A DNA stretch of 64,000 bases from Opitutales bacterium (GTDB lineage Bacteria > Verrucomicrobiota > Verrucomicrobiia > Opitutales > UBA2987): positions 288,001 through 352,000 of the forward strand of contig CBDDEL010000016.1 of NCBI GenBank assembly GCA_965226885.1, given 5' to 3'. The notes under the pieces were generated by a model. It saw only the letters and a program-made list of their open reading frames with translations. It did not search any database and was not told the origin of the DNA. How positions within the stretch are numbered: position 1 is the stretch's first letter; each line of letters begins with the position of its first letter. This document shows positions 52,490 to 62,601 of this stretch, in pieces. The translations under genes were made by a program, and so were the position numbers.

Positions 52490-52551
52490 AGAAATGATGT
52501 TCGCAATTGGGTTTGGGGAAATTGGGGGAAATAGAGTTCCCGCTGCCTAAT

Positions 52552-52699
52552 TATCAAGAGTTTACGAATCGGGTCCGGCCTTGAATCCGGGAAAATTCAA
52601 GTTTGGCACTTTTTGGGCTGTTTTATACGGTTCGCATGGGGCTGGCACCCTTTCTTTGTCAACATACGGGGTTTTGCAATGAGGTTTGGCACTTTTACA
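52552..52699 (-). mobile_element. possible orphan transposon/Mu-like end
   Basis: Minus strand starts TGTAAAAGTGCCAAAC. AAAAGTGCCAAAC recurs at 52601-52613 with a degenerate third copy near 52641-52653. IHF-consensus match TATCAAGAGTTTA at 52552-52564. Confidence 0.35.
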
Positions 52700-52726
52700 G
52701 TGTCAATGCGTAGATTGGGCGAAGGC

Positions 52727-52785
52727 CGTTAACGCTCAAGCTCAGTGGCGCGCGTCAGCACGTCCACTGGAGCGCCTTGTTATGT
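52727..52785 (-). other. integron attC site (59 bp)
   Basis: Minus strand ACATAAC-AAGGCG-CTCCAGTGG...CCACTGAG-CTTGAGC-GTTAACG: AAC/GTT cores, L boxes with one extra base, central hairpin. Confidence 0.85.
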
Positions 52786-52902
52786 GATCGATCTCTGACA
52801 CAATACATCGTACGATAACAACGCCATTTATCCAATCCGCTTTTGAAATGGTTAGCATTTAAAACAATGTTTCGAACTTGAACGCGTTCACCCCGGCCCT
52901 AT

Positions 52903-54471
52903 CTACCGGATGTAATGCGGGACCGTGATGTTGTTCCCCGAACCGTCCGTAGTGAGCGTATAGCCGCCGGCAACCCATTGCAGTGGGTTGGAACCGGATC
53001 GGCGTGAAGTGTTGTAGTCGCCCCAACGCGTCACGGACCTGGTACTCAAGGTCGGATAGTAGACAACGAAGTCGCCCCATACACCCACCGCATGGTTACC
53101 GTGATAGGGGCCGCCGCCAAACGCGACGGACATGCCGAGTTCACCCCCGGAATTGGTGGACAGAAATGCATCCTGGAAAGCAAAGCCGGGATTCCAAATC
53201 TGGACCTGCTCCTGAAAGGCAAAGTTCGAGGCATTAAGGCGAACCATTTGAACGTGCGGATGCGGAAAACCGCCGCCACTTCCTGCCTGCCAGGCGAACC
53301 ACACGTTCGTTAAGTCCTGCAACGCATTTCCATAGATGTAGGTGGTGATACCGCCTTCCCACTGCATCCAATCCGTACCGTCCGGAGTGATCGATGACTC
53401 CGAACCGTTCGGCCAACTGTTGATGTTGACGGTTCGCCAATAATAGGAATTGTCACCATCCGGCCAATTGTAGACGCGCAGCTGGCTGGTATCGACGTGA
53501 CCCGCCCAATAGACTTGATTGTTGGGGTTTTGTGTAATGTGCGAGAAGATCGCATTGGTCCCCCATCGCATTGGTCCCCCCTGTGTACCGATAGTTCACG
53601 GTCGCGCGCCTGGCAAGCTGATCAAGTGGTAGCCGGACGACGATCCGTCCGCCCGCGATCATGCTCGTCCAGTAGAGGGATTTCGACTCGCGGTCATGTC
53701 GTTGTAGTCGAGGGATCCTAGCGCACTGAACACATTGCTGGGGAAGTCCCAATACGTCCATGCGGTGCCGTTGGAGCTACGGACGCCTTCAGTCGATTCC
53801 ACGGCGACGCGAATGCGGTTGTCATTGGTGCCATCGCCGCCCTTCGCGCTCCGATACTGCATCAGCCACACGAACAAATCGTACTGCGGCACGTACAGGA
53901 CGATTTGGTCGCAGCAAAGACCGCCATCATCCTGCGGAAAGACCGTCGTCGGATTGATATATGTGAAGGTTCCCCCGGCATCTTCAGAAAACGCCATCCA
54001 TGTATTGCCAGTCATGATGATCGTTTCGCCGTTCTCTGCGACACTCACTTCACCAAGGCTGCCAATATTGGGAAGAACATCGTCAACTTCGGCATAATCG
54101 TCGAAATCAAGTTCCTGGGAAGGCTCTTCGTCTTTGGCTGCTATCTTGATCGCCGGATTTTTCGGCTCGATGTCCCCTCTTAGCGGCCCGACCGGAATCG
54201 GCGGGAAATTGATGTGTTCCTCATTCGGTATGAAGGTAGACTCGATGACGGGCTCCACTGGCGGATACGGCGCGCCTTCGGTGCGTTTGGGATCGATGGC
54301 CCCGCCCTTGCTCTCCTCGCGAACTTCTGGGCCGACCACTCCTATCCCATCATCGGGCTTTCCGATATCCCGATCACATGCACAAACGAAAAACCAGTAC
54401 AGCAGGCCTACGAGGAAAAGCGCGGCAACCAACGCTAGAATCGCCAAGGCACCATGCAGTATTGATTTCAT
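52903..54471 (-). pseudogene. gene-cassette ORF: membrane-anchored/secreted beta-rich hypothetical protein, two frameshifts
   Basis: N-terminal TM, Pro-rich linker, GGLCCDQ.V.Y motif. Continuous protein-like text across three ORFs with a shift near 53690 and a 16-bp duplication at 53549-53580. Confidence 0.7.
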
Positions 54472-54537
54472 ATTCACTCCCCCTGCTGTTCACGTACGAA
54501 CAGGCAATACATTTGAAAATTCCAACATGTATTCCTT

Positions 54538-54579
54538 GCTATACATAACATATAGTAGGCTATACATAACATATAGTAG
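54538..54579. repeat. perfect tandem duplication 2 x 21 bp containing the cassette 5' core site (attI-like)
   Basis: GCTATACATAACATATAGTAG twice. Each unit carries GTTATGT on the minus strand, complementary to the attC R'' ACATAAC. Confidence 0.85.
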
Positions 54580-54607
54580 GTAGCGTCTACGCGGCCTGTG
54601 ATTGGGT

Positions 54608-54635
54608 ACGATAAAAATTTTGGCGAAATTTGCAA
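54608..54635 (-). promoter_or_regulatory. candidate sigma70 promoter facing the cassette
   Basis: TTGCAA-16 nt-TATCGT on the minus strand with AT-rich upstream sequence. Confidence 0.35.
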
Positions 54636-54777
54636 GAAAATTTTTAATTTTTTGGCAGAGAAGAGGCTTATTAGGTTTTCCCTAATTTATTGCCAATTTT
54701 TAGCGATGCGTGGGTGCTGAAGGTGTGCTATTCATCACCTAGCCAAAGAAAAAGGAATGAAACCCCTTCAGGGTTTT

Positions 54778-56909
54778 GGTAGTGTATAAAAAAGAATGTT
54801 ATTTTGTATTTTTAGCTGTACAAATAGCGTTAGGCAGTTTATTCTTAGTGCATGGTTACTAAAATTATTAATTGTCGGCACTGTGGAAGTGAAAATATCA
54901 TTAAATTTGGCAAGACGCCCAACCATAAACAGCGCTACCGCTGCCATGATTGTGGTAAACAAAGCCGCGAAAACCCCACAGTGAAATACACCGAAGAGCA
55001 AAAAGAAATGATCCTTCGAGTCTATCAGGAACGCAGCAGTCTACGCGGTTTACAGCGCGCCTTCGGGGTGAGTCCCAACACCGTTTTGAGTTGGTTAAAA
55101 AAAACGACAATCGCTGCGACCGCTCAAAAGCACGATTCTTGCGGCCCGCCGCCATGATGTCATTGAACTGGACGAACTGTGGTCTTTTGTGGGGCGCAAG
55201 AGCGATGCCCAATGGGTTTGGATCGCTCTTTGCCGACGCACCCGTCAAATCCTCTCCTATGCCATTGGGCCTCGGGATTGGTATCGTTGCCGGGAACTTT
55301 ACGAGCGTCTGCCACGGGCCTACAAAAGATGTGCCACCTACAGCGACTTTTGGAGCACTTATGATGAAGTCTTTCCTCATAACCGATGACGTGTACTGGA
55401 TTTGTTGGACACGGGATTCTCTTATATTCATTGTTTATTGATTAGTGTGTCAGGCGGCTTGTTTTGGTAAAGGGTTTTGTTTTCTCGTTGCCCCCCATGG
55501 GGGGCAAATATTTTCCTCGAATTGGACTGGGCTTTGGTAACTCAGAGAGGAATGTTTGCGATATCGGTTGTAGAAGATTTCCACGTATTCGAAGACAGTT
55601 GATCGCAGTTCGCGCTCGTCGGCAAAGTGGCGGCCTCGAATCGTGCTGGTCTTGAAGCGGCCGTAGAACGATTCCATGGCCGCGTTGTCGTAGCAGTTGC
55701 CTTGGGCGCTCATGCTCGGCTTCATGCCTAGTTCAGAGACCAGCCTCTGATAGTCGTCGCTGGCGTAGGGGCTGCCCCGATCGCTGTGATGAATAATCCC
55801 GGTGCGCAGTGTGCCGCGGGTCATGGCCGCGGCTTTGAGGGCCTTGCCAACCAGCTTCGCGTCGTTGTGGTTGGAAACGCTCCAGCCCAGCAGGCGTCGG
55901 CTGAACAGGTCCATCACCGTGGCCAAGTACATCCAACCGGCCAGGGTCCGTAGGTAGGTCGTGTCCGCCACCCAGACCTCGTCGATATGGGTCGGCTGGC
56001 CATGCTTTTTAAGCACATTGGGGCTGTAACCATAGGGATGGTTACTGTTGGTTTTTAATGGCTTAAAGCGTTTACTCTGGGTGCTTTTGATTCCCATTTC
56101 ACGCATCAGACGCAGAGCCCGGTCACGGCCGCAATCGATGCCCTCATCATCCTTCAGATGGCGGTGCATTGGCCGATGCCCATAGCGGCCCTTGGCCTCT
56201 TTGTGTACCTTCAGGATCGCCCCCTTGATTCCCTCGTCCTCGATCCGCCGGGCCGAGGGCGCTCGGTGCCTCCAGCAGTAATAGCCACTGCGACAAATCC
56301 CCATCGCCGAGCATATTTCCTCGATCTTGAAGCGCCCCTCGTTGTCTTTGACAAACTGGTACTTCATTGTTCGTCCTTGGCAAAGTAGCCCACCGTTTTT
56401 TTTAGTATCTGGTTGATCCGCTCCGAGCGGCGCAGCTCTTTGCGAAGACGATCTATCTCGGCCGCCATCTCCTTCGGACTGCTCTGTCGCTTTGAGGTGG
56501 CTTCGCCCTGCTGATCGTCCAGATAGAGCCTCTTCCACCTATACAATTGGTTGGTGTTGACCCCAAGTTTGGTCGATACCTCGGTGGCGCTCAGACCATC
56601 GAGTATCATCAGTTGAACTGCCTCATTTTTGAACTCTATACTAAAGCGTCTTCTTCCCATGCTTCGATTCTCCATTTAGGAGAATCTCGTGTCCACTTTT
56701 TCCAGTGCACATCACGATCCGTGGGAAAAGAAACCGGTGAAACGGCCCATGTGGAACGATGGAACAATACCCTGCGCCAACGACTGGGTCGTTTCACACG
56801 CAAGACCCTCTCCTTTTCCAAGCTTAAGAGTATGCATGAAACCTGTCTGAGACTTTTCATTCATCAATATAATCAAGAATTAGCCACCATTCCTACTTAA
56901 TACACTACC
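54778..56909 (+). mobile_element. IS1-family element copy 2, interrupted by IS3
   Basis: Same IRs as copy 1, 8-bp TSD AGGGTTTT, insA 54852-55157, insB split at PHNR|SVGK. Confidence 0.95.
55387..56714 (-). mobile_element. IS3-family element type A, copy 3 (orfA 56364-56660, orfB 55450-56367)
   Basis: 1328 bp, 3-bp TSD CGA by comparison with the intact IS1 copy. Confidence 0.96.
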
Positions 56910-57009
56910 AGGGTTTTCATATATTAATCATAGGTCCAAGTGTCCAGAGGTTGCACTCCTGGCTGGCGAATAGAGCACCTTCAGGGCAGTGTACTAAACA
57001 TTGGCCTGT

Positions 57010-58726
57010 TTATACATCAGCCTCCTCCACATACGTCACGTTAAAGAAGAGATGGTCGCGGAGGTCCAGTCGGATCCTCTCTGCTACCTTCATTGCACTG
57101 AGTGTGCGAATACTCTCAGCAGCTGTCCTTTGACAGTATTCCGACCATTGTTCCGTTTTACTACGCACTATCGTTGAAGTGGACGGGGTTGTTTGGACAA
57201 TTTTGACGTGGGATTAAGGTGGAAATCGTGTTCATATTATTTTTTAAAAATATATTTTGTCCTTAGCCAAAGACGGGCACGCAGGTGCCCGCAAGCTGTA
57301 TTGGCGGGGAGGGTGGTTTTGCTCCGATTGCATGGACTTCGGCCGGGGTCCGGTAGCCCAGGGCTTGGTGGGGGCGCAGGTGGTTGTAGAAGTCCAGGTA
57401 GCGGGCTATCCCTTCGCTGGCTTCCTTTGCCGTGGCGTATTCGCGCAGGTAAATGTCTTCATACTTGAGGGTTCTCCAAAAGCGTTCAACAAATATGTTG
57501 TCCAGGTAGCGGCCACGCCCGTCCATGCTGATGCGCACCCCGGCTTGCCCCAGCACCGAGGTGAACTCGCTGCCGGTAAACTGGCTGCCTTGATCGGTGT
57601 TGAAGATTTGAGGTTGGGCCCGCCTCAGAGCTTCCTCCAGGGCGAGCACACAGAAGCGGCTCTCCAGGGTGTTGGAAAGCTGCCAGCTCAACACGTAGCG
57701 GCTGAACCAGTCCAACACCACGGTCAAGAAAAGGAATCCTCGGCTCAGCCGCAGGTAAGTGATGTCGCTGCACCATACCTGGTCGGGCCGCTCGACCGCC
57801 AAACCCCGCAGCAGATAAGGGAAAATGCGGTGCTGCCGGTGCCCCTGGCTCAAGTTTCGACGCGGATAAATAGCCTCCAGGCCCATTTGGCGCATGAGCC
57901 GCTGGATGCGGCCTCGTCCCACTGCATGGCCCTCTCGACGCAGCCACTGGGTCATCCGGCGAGAACCAAAAAACGGATATTGGGTGTAGAGCTCATCCAT
58001 GCGATGCATGTAGAGAACGTTCTGCTCGCACTGGGCACGGGCCCGATAGTAATAGCTGCCGCGGGCCAGCCCCAGCAACTGACATTGCCTGCCGATACTG
58101 ATTTTTCCTTGAAGTGGTTGCACCATCTTGCGCCTCTCACCAACCGAATTGTTCAGACTTTTTTTTTAGCCAATCGCATTCTACTTTCAGCTTTCCAATC
58201 TCCTGGTAAAGGTGATCTTTTTCCGTCTCGTTGTCCTTGCTGAGAGTCTGCCGCTGGCGCGAAAACAGCTCCGTTGCTCCCTGCAAAAGCTGCTTCTTCC
58301 ATTGGGTCACCTGGTTGGGATGCACCTCAAAACGACCGGCGATCTCGTTGATGGTATGAGCGCCCCTGATGGCTTCCAGGGCCACTCGGGCTTTAAACTC
58401 AGCACTGTATTGTCTTCTCTTTCGTGATTTAATAACATTCATAGGTTAGCGGATTTAGTGGTTCAAGACCACCTTATTCCACTGTCCAGTTTTCCCCGTC
58501 CATTTCACGTATCCCATGACCATACTCCTGGGGGCTCGTCCCTCGAACTCGGGATCACTCCTATGATACCGTCATCAATCACGACCCAGACTTCTCCACC
58601 TAGAATCGCTTGCCCGGAGTCTGCGATTGCCTGGAGCGCAAATATAACATCCGCTCTTCGCCATGCGTACTCTCCATCTGCATCCTTAAACGCGGAGGCT
58701 TTAACTTGTTTCGGGAGGTCGCTCAT
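57010..58726 (-). pseudogene. Imm40-like immunity protein split by IS3
   Basis: Removing the IS rejoins MSDLP..GEYAWRRAD..ILGGEVW..WSWDT|IVRSKTEQWSEYCQR..LFFNVTYV*. Family call is by motif recognition only. Confidence 0.65.
57175..58507 (-). mobile_element. IS3-family element type B (orfA 58137-58442, orfB 57263-58126)
   Basis: TGAA(A/G)TGGACGGGG IRs, 3-bp TSD CGT, A9G slippery site, WCSDITY / NTDQGSQFT / DNIFVERFWR. Confidence 0.95.
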
Positions 58727-58778
58727 GTATGTCGATAACTCATTATTGAGGGTACTTTTGTGATATTTGCGGACCCCT

Positions 58779-59372
58779 CTATTTGCCGGGGGCGAACCAG
58801 TGGATTTCCAGGCATTGGCGCAGGGCCATGCGGGCGCGGTGTAGAATGGTCCAGAGGTTTTGCTTGGATATGCCAACAATTTCGCAGATTTCGGGGCTGG
58901 AATAACCATCCACTTCCCGCATTAAAAACACTCGCCGGATTTTTTCGGGTAATTGGTCGGCGCAGGAGTTGAACTGTTCGCGAAATTCTTTGCGGTCCAT
59001 ATTGGTCACCTGCTCGGGGCTCAACTGGGAGGGATGGCCGGACATATCGGCTCGCCAGTGACCGTCCTCCTTAAATGATTTTCCCGATTCATCTTCGTAA
59101 AAGGAGGAGAGTTCGCTGAAATTGGTGACCCGGGAATTCTTTCGATAATGATCGATGATTTTGTTTTTGAGGATTCCCGTCAGCCAGGTTTTGACGGAAG
59201 CCTTGCCCTTGAACCGGTCGAGCGACTTGATCGCAGCAAGGAATGTATCCTGCACAAGGTCCTCCGCCAAGGCCGTATTGTTGACCCGGTATTGGGCAAA
59301 GCGATAGAGAGAATCCCCGTAATCATCCACCCACCGGGCTGGATCCGGTTTTTCTGCATTTGGGGATTCCAT
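58779..59372 (-). CDS. ECF sigma-70 factor
   Basis: AEDLVQDTFLAA, TWLTGILKNKIID, region 4 with LHRARMALRQCLE..WF, a type usually paired with zf-HC2 proteins. Confidence 0.92.
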   Translation of the reverse strand: MESPNAEKPDPARWVDDYGDSLYRFAQYRVNNTALAEDLVQDTFLAAIKSLDRFKGKASVKTWLTGILKNKIIDHYRKNSRVTNFSELSSFYEDESGKSFKEDGHWRADMSGHPSQLSPEQVTNMDRKEFREQFNSCADQLPEKIRRVFLMREVDGYSSPEICEIVGISKQNLWTILHRARMALRQCLEIHWFAPGK

Positions 59373-59414
59373 ACTGGTATTCCGGGAATGTTATGAGGCC
59401 AGTGGAAGTTTTCC

Positions 59415-60509
59415 TTATTCCTCGCCGCCCGGATTGAGAATTTCCTGGATTTTTGCCTCCCGGTCGGAGGTTTGCAGGGCCTCCAGCAACTCCGCGATTT
59501 CCCCGTCCATAAATTGGGGCAGGCTGTGCAGGGAAAAACCGATGCGGTGGTCCGTGACCCGGCTCTGGGGGAAGTTGTAAGTGCGTATACGCTCCGAGCG
59601 ATCGCCCGTACCGACCTGGCTTTTGCGGTCTGCCGCATATTTGGCCCGCTCCTCTTCTTCCTTCGCTTTGAGGAGCCTGGCCCGGAGCACTTTGAGGGCT
59701 TTATTCTTGTTCTTCAACTGCGACCGCTCATCCGCGCAGGTAACCGTTATGTTGGTCGGCAAATGGGTTATCTGGACGGCCGAATCCGTGGTATTGACGC
59801 TTTGGCCGCCCGGTCCGCTGGCCCGGCAAACGGTGATTTCGAGATCATTGGGGTCGATCTGCACATCCACTTCTTCGGCTTCCGGCAACACCGCCACGGT
59901 GGCGGCGGATGTATGGATGCGCCCGTTGGTTTCCGTAACCGGTATGCGCTGCACCCGGTGCACCCCGCTTTCAAATTTGAGGGATTTGTAGGCCTCCTCT
60001 CCGGTGACCAAAAAAACCACCTGTTTGAACCCGCCGCTTTCCGATTCGCTGGCCCCCAGGGGCTCGATCTTCCAGCCCCGGTTTTCCACGAACCGACAAT
60101 ACATACGATAAAGATCGGCCGCGAACAGGCTGGCCTCATCCCCTCCCGTGCCGGCCCGAATTTCCATCACCGTATTGCGTGAATCTGAAGAATCCGGGGG
60201 AATCAAGGCGGTCAGGATTACCTGGCGCAAGTCCTCCAGTTGCTCCTCCAAAGCGGGAATTTCTTCCCTGGCCAGAGCGGCAAACTCTTCCTCGCTCTCG
60301 GGATCGCTGATAATGGCACGGTGTTCGGCCAACTCTCCCTGCACCTCGATCGAGCGTTCATGCGCCTCCAAAAGGCGGTTCAACTTCTGATGTTCGCGGG
60401 AAAGTCTGGCCACTTTGCGCTGGTCTTGAAAAAAATCAGGCTGCGCCATGAGCGCATCGATTTCCGCGAAGCGCCTCCGAAAAGGAGAAATATCCGGAAG
60501 ATTTTCCAT
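59415..60509 (-). CDS. prfA: peptide chain release factor 1
   Basis: [24 protein letters not shown] (PxT), [23 protein letters not shown]. Confidence 0.97.
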   Translation of the reverse strand: MENLPDISPFRRRFAEIDALMAQPDFFQDQRKVARLSREHQKLNRLLEAHERSIEVQGELAEHRAIISDPESEEEFAALAREEIPALEEQLEDLRQVILTALIPPDSSDSRNTVMEIRAGTGGDEASLFAADLYRMYCRFVENRGWKIEPLGASESESGGFKQVVFLVTGEEAYKSLKFESGVHRVQRIPVTETNGRIHTSAATVAVLPEAEEVDVQIDPNDLEITVCRASGPGGQSVNTTDSAVQITHLPTNITVTCADERSQLKNKNKALKVLRARLLKAKEEEERAKYAADRKSQVGTGDRSERIRTYNFPQSRVTDHRIGFSLHSLPQFMDGEIAELLEALQTSDREAKIQEILNPGGEE

Positions 60510-60621
60510 TATTGAATCACTTTTGAATATATTCGCTAAAGTTGCCTCCCAGCGGCAAGCCAATATACGGACAATTTGTCCATCTTTAAATCGGTAGGGC
60601 CGGGAGCAAAACCGATCCGGG

Positions 60622-60659
60622 AAAAAAGGCGGCTCCCCTAGGATAATGGGGGAGCCGCC
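60622..60659 (-). terminator. Rho-independent terminator
   Basis: GGCGGCTCCCC stem with T6 on the minus strand. Confidence 0.8.
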
Positions 60660-60871
60660 CTGTATAATTGCATTTCATCCTAGCGCCAACTAAATGAACC
60701 TGCAAAGTCATTTTTCCCGACATCGAAAAAGCTACAAGCCGAAAAGGTAGATTTACCCATTGTTAATCGCAAAATGCTTGTCAATAAAAAATATTTAGAA
60801 ATTTACAGATGGGTCCTTTAGCGCAACGATTCCCCGTGTGAAAATAGGAGTCCAATGAGGCCCGATTTATT

Positions 60872-61141
60872 TCAAAGCATCCCGCCGATGGTTCGCTCAT
60901 ACTCGGGAAAATACCTGCCGATGAGGGGAAGGTCGAAGCGCGCCAATATCATCGTGTTGCTTTCCCGGGCCAGCAAGAATTGGAACGACTTCTCGATCAA
61001 TACCTCCGGGGTGACACGGCCAGCGGTTAGCTTTTTGTAGTATTCGTCCGCCAGGGAAACATTGTGGGAAGTGGTGCTCCCAGCCTCAACGGTGACCTCA
61101 TAGGATTGCCCGGAGCTCTTTTTCACAGTAATTTTTGCCAT
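60872..61141 (-). CDS. small conserved-looking hypothetical protein
   Basis: 89 aa, T.H.V.....Y..L......E.LI..SF.FLL.RE....IL..FDL..I.RYFPEYE. Confidence 0.7.
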   Translation of the reverse strand: MAKITVKKSSGQSYEVTVEAGSTTSHNVSLADEYYKKLTAGRVTPEVLIEKSFQFLLARESNTMILARFDLPLIGRYFPEYERTIGGML

Positions 61142-61302
61142 AACACCACTATGCCGGATAAACGCCCCGGCCACAAATAAAATCACTTGTAATAATCAGG
61201 CAGTAATATTATATATTTCTATAAGGCCAAGAGGCCAAGGCCAATAATTGCCAATAGCAACAGATTGGAAGCCTCGGAGGGAAGCCTCGGAGCATAGTAA
61301 AA

Positions 61303-62079
61303 ATGGTCGCCTCGAAAACCAAAGCAGCCTTTTGGATCGGCATTGCCACACTCAGCTTGTTGAGCAAGATTCAAGCAGTGGTTATCCAGGACGGCCTTAT
61401 TGCCCATTGGACAGCCGATGACACGGGGGAGGATGCCACCACAAATAACAATGACGGCACTTTGATTGGAAACACTACTTACACCACGGGAGTAATCGGA
61501 AGCGCTTTCTCCTTTGACGGTTCCGGCGACTACGTGCAAGTGCCCGACAGCAGTTTGTGGACATTCACCGGGGACTTCACGATTGGACTTTGGGCCAATT
61601 TCGCCAGCAATCCGGGAGGATCGGTGGGACAAGCCGGAAGCATTTTTATCGGCCACGACGAAGGCGGCGGAACCCAGAACAAGTGGTGGTTCGGCCTCGG
61701 AGGCGGCCAACTCAACTTCCACATCAATGGGCCCGGAACGGGGTTGGCTTTTCTCGCCCTGACCGATTTCAACCCCAATCTCGAGCAATGGTATCATCTG
61801 TCCGTAACCAGATCGGGAAACAATTTTACGACCTACATTGATGGAACCGCCGGAACCGTCCAGAGCGGCACACTGGCGATCCCCAATGCCAACACCTTCA
61901 TCACCATCGGTCAGGCCGAAGGGTTTTTTCACCACGGCGCCATCGACGACATCACCCTATACGACCGCGCTCTCTCTCTTTCTGAAATTAACACCCTGGC
62001 CACCATCCCGGAACCCACCTCAGCCCTCCTCCTGTTGCTCGCCGCTCCATTGCTCCTTTGGCGAGGTTCCAGGAGTTGA
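61303..62079 (+). CDS. LamG-like jelly-roll protein with PEP-CTERM sorting signal
   Basis: Signal peptide, AFSFDGSGDYV, WYHL.VTR, YIDG, GAIDD..LYDRALS..EI, then IPEPTS + TM + Arg. Confidence 0.9.
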   Translation: MVASKTKAAFWIGIATLSLLSKIQAVVIQDGLIAHWTADDTGEDATTNNNDGTLIGNTTYTTGVIGSAFSFDGSGDYVQVPDSSLWTFTGDFTIGLWANFASNPGGSVGQAGSIFIGHDEGGGTQNKWWFGLGGGQLNFHINGPGTGLAFLALTDFNPNLEQWYHLSVTRSGNNFTTYIDGTAGTVQSGTLAIPNANTFITIGQAEGFFHHGAIDDITLYDRALSLSEINTLATIPEPTSALLLLLAAPLLLWRGSRS

Positions 62080-62188
62080 CTGATATTGGGGTATGGCTCC
62101 GAACAGCGTGAATTTAAAGCCAAATCGAATTTTCTTCCTTCTTCCTCTTTGTAATCGACTGTCGGTTTGGAATACCTAAACTTAAAAA

Positions 62189-62389
62189 ATGAAAATCGAG
62201 ATCGAACAGGAGGATGATGGACGGTGGATAGCTGAAGTTTCTGATCTCCCAGGTGTCATGGTGTATGCTGAAGATAGGGAGCAGGCCATTGCGAAGGTGG
62301 AAGCGCTTGCACTCAGAACCATTGCTGACCGCCTCGAACACGGGGAGGACATTCCTGATCTTAACGGCGTGTTTTCCATTGTCACATGA
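62189..62389 (+). CDS. hicB: HicB-family antitoxin (short, no DNA-binding domain)
   Basis: IEQEDDGRWIAEV.DLPGV..Y....EQA. Confidence 0.85.
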   Translation: MKIEIEQEDDGRWIAEVSDLPGVMVYAEDREQAIAKVEALALRTIADRLEHGEDIPDLNGVFSIVT

Positions 62390-62601
62390 GCCAATGGGGA
62401 TCTGCTAAGGCTCGAATTGTTTTGCGGGCGCTATTGCGCATCGGATGGCAGATTAAACGGTCACGGTCTGGATCTCACAAGATTTTATCAAAAGAGGGAT
62501 GGCCCGATTATGTATTCTCCTTCCATGACGGTGAAGAATTAGGTCCAAGAATGTTGGCCCGAATCGCTAAGAAGACGGGACTGAATCCCGAAGATTTATG
62601 A
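62386..62601 (+). CDS. hicA: HicA-family mRNA interferase toxin
   Basis: L.RIGW..KR..GSH, FHDGEELGPRMLARIAK.TGL.PEDL. Confidence 0.88.
   Translation: MSQWGSAKARIVLRALLRIGWQIKRSRSGSHKILSKEGWPDYVFSFHDGEELGPRMLARIAKKTGLNPEDL

Noticed and set aside
52600..52700. TGGCAC motifs as sigma-54 promoters
   Set aside because: None has TTGC at the required -12 spacing.
57257..58243. 328-aa plus-strand ORF and similar long antisense ORFs over ald, nupC, prfA and the capsid gene
   Set aside because: Shadows of well-supported genes on the opposite strand, as expected in GC-rich coding DNA.
60660..60780. 6S RNA or a known riboswitch
   Set aside because: I could not find the complementary arms or conserved aptamer motifs by eye. 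Kept only as a generic sRNA candidate.
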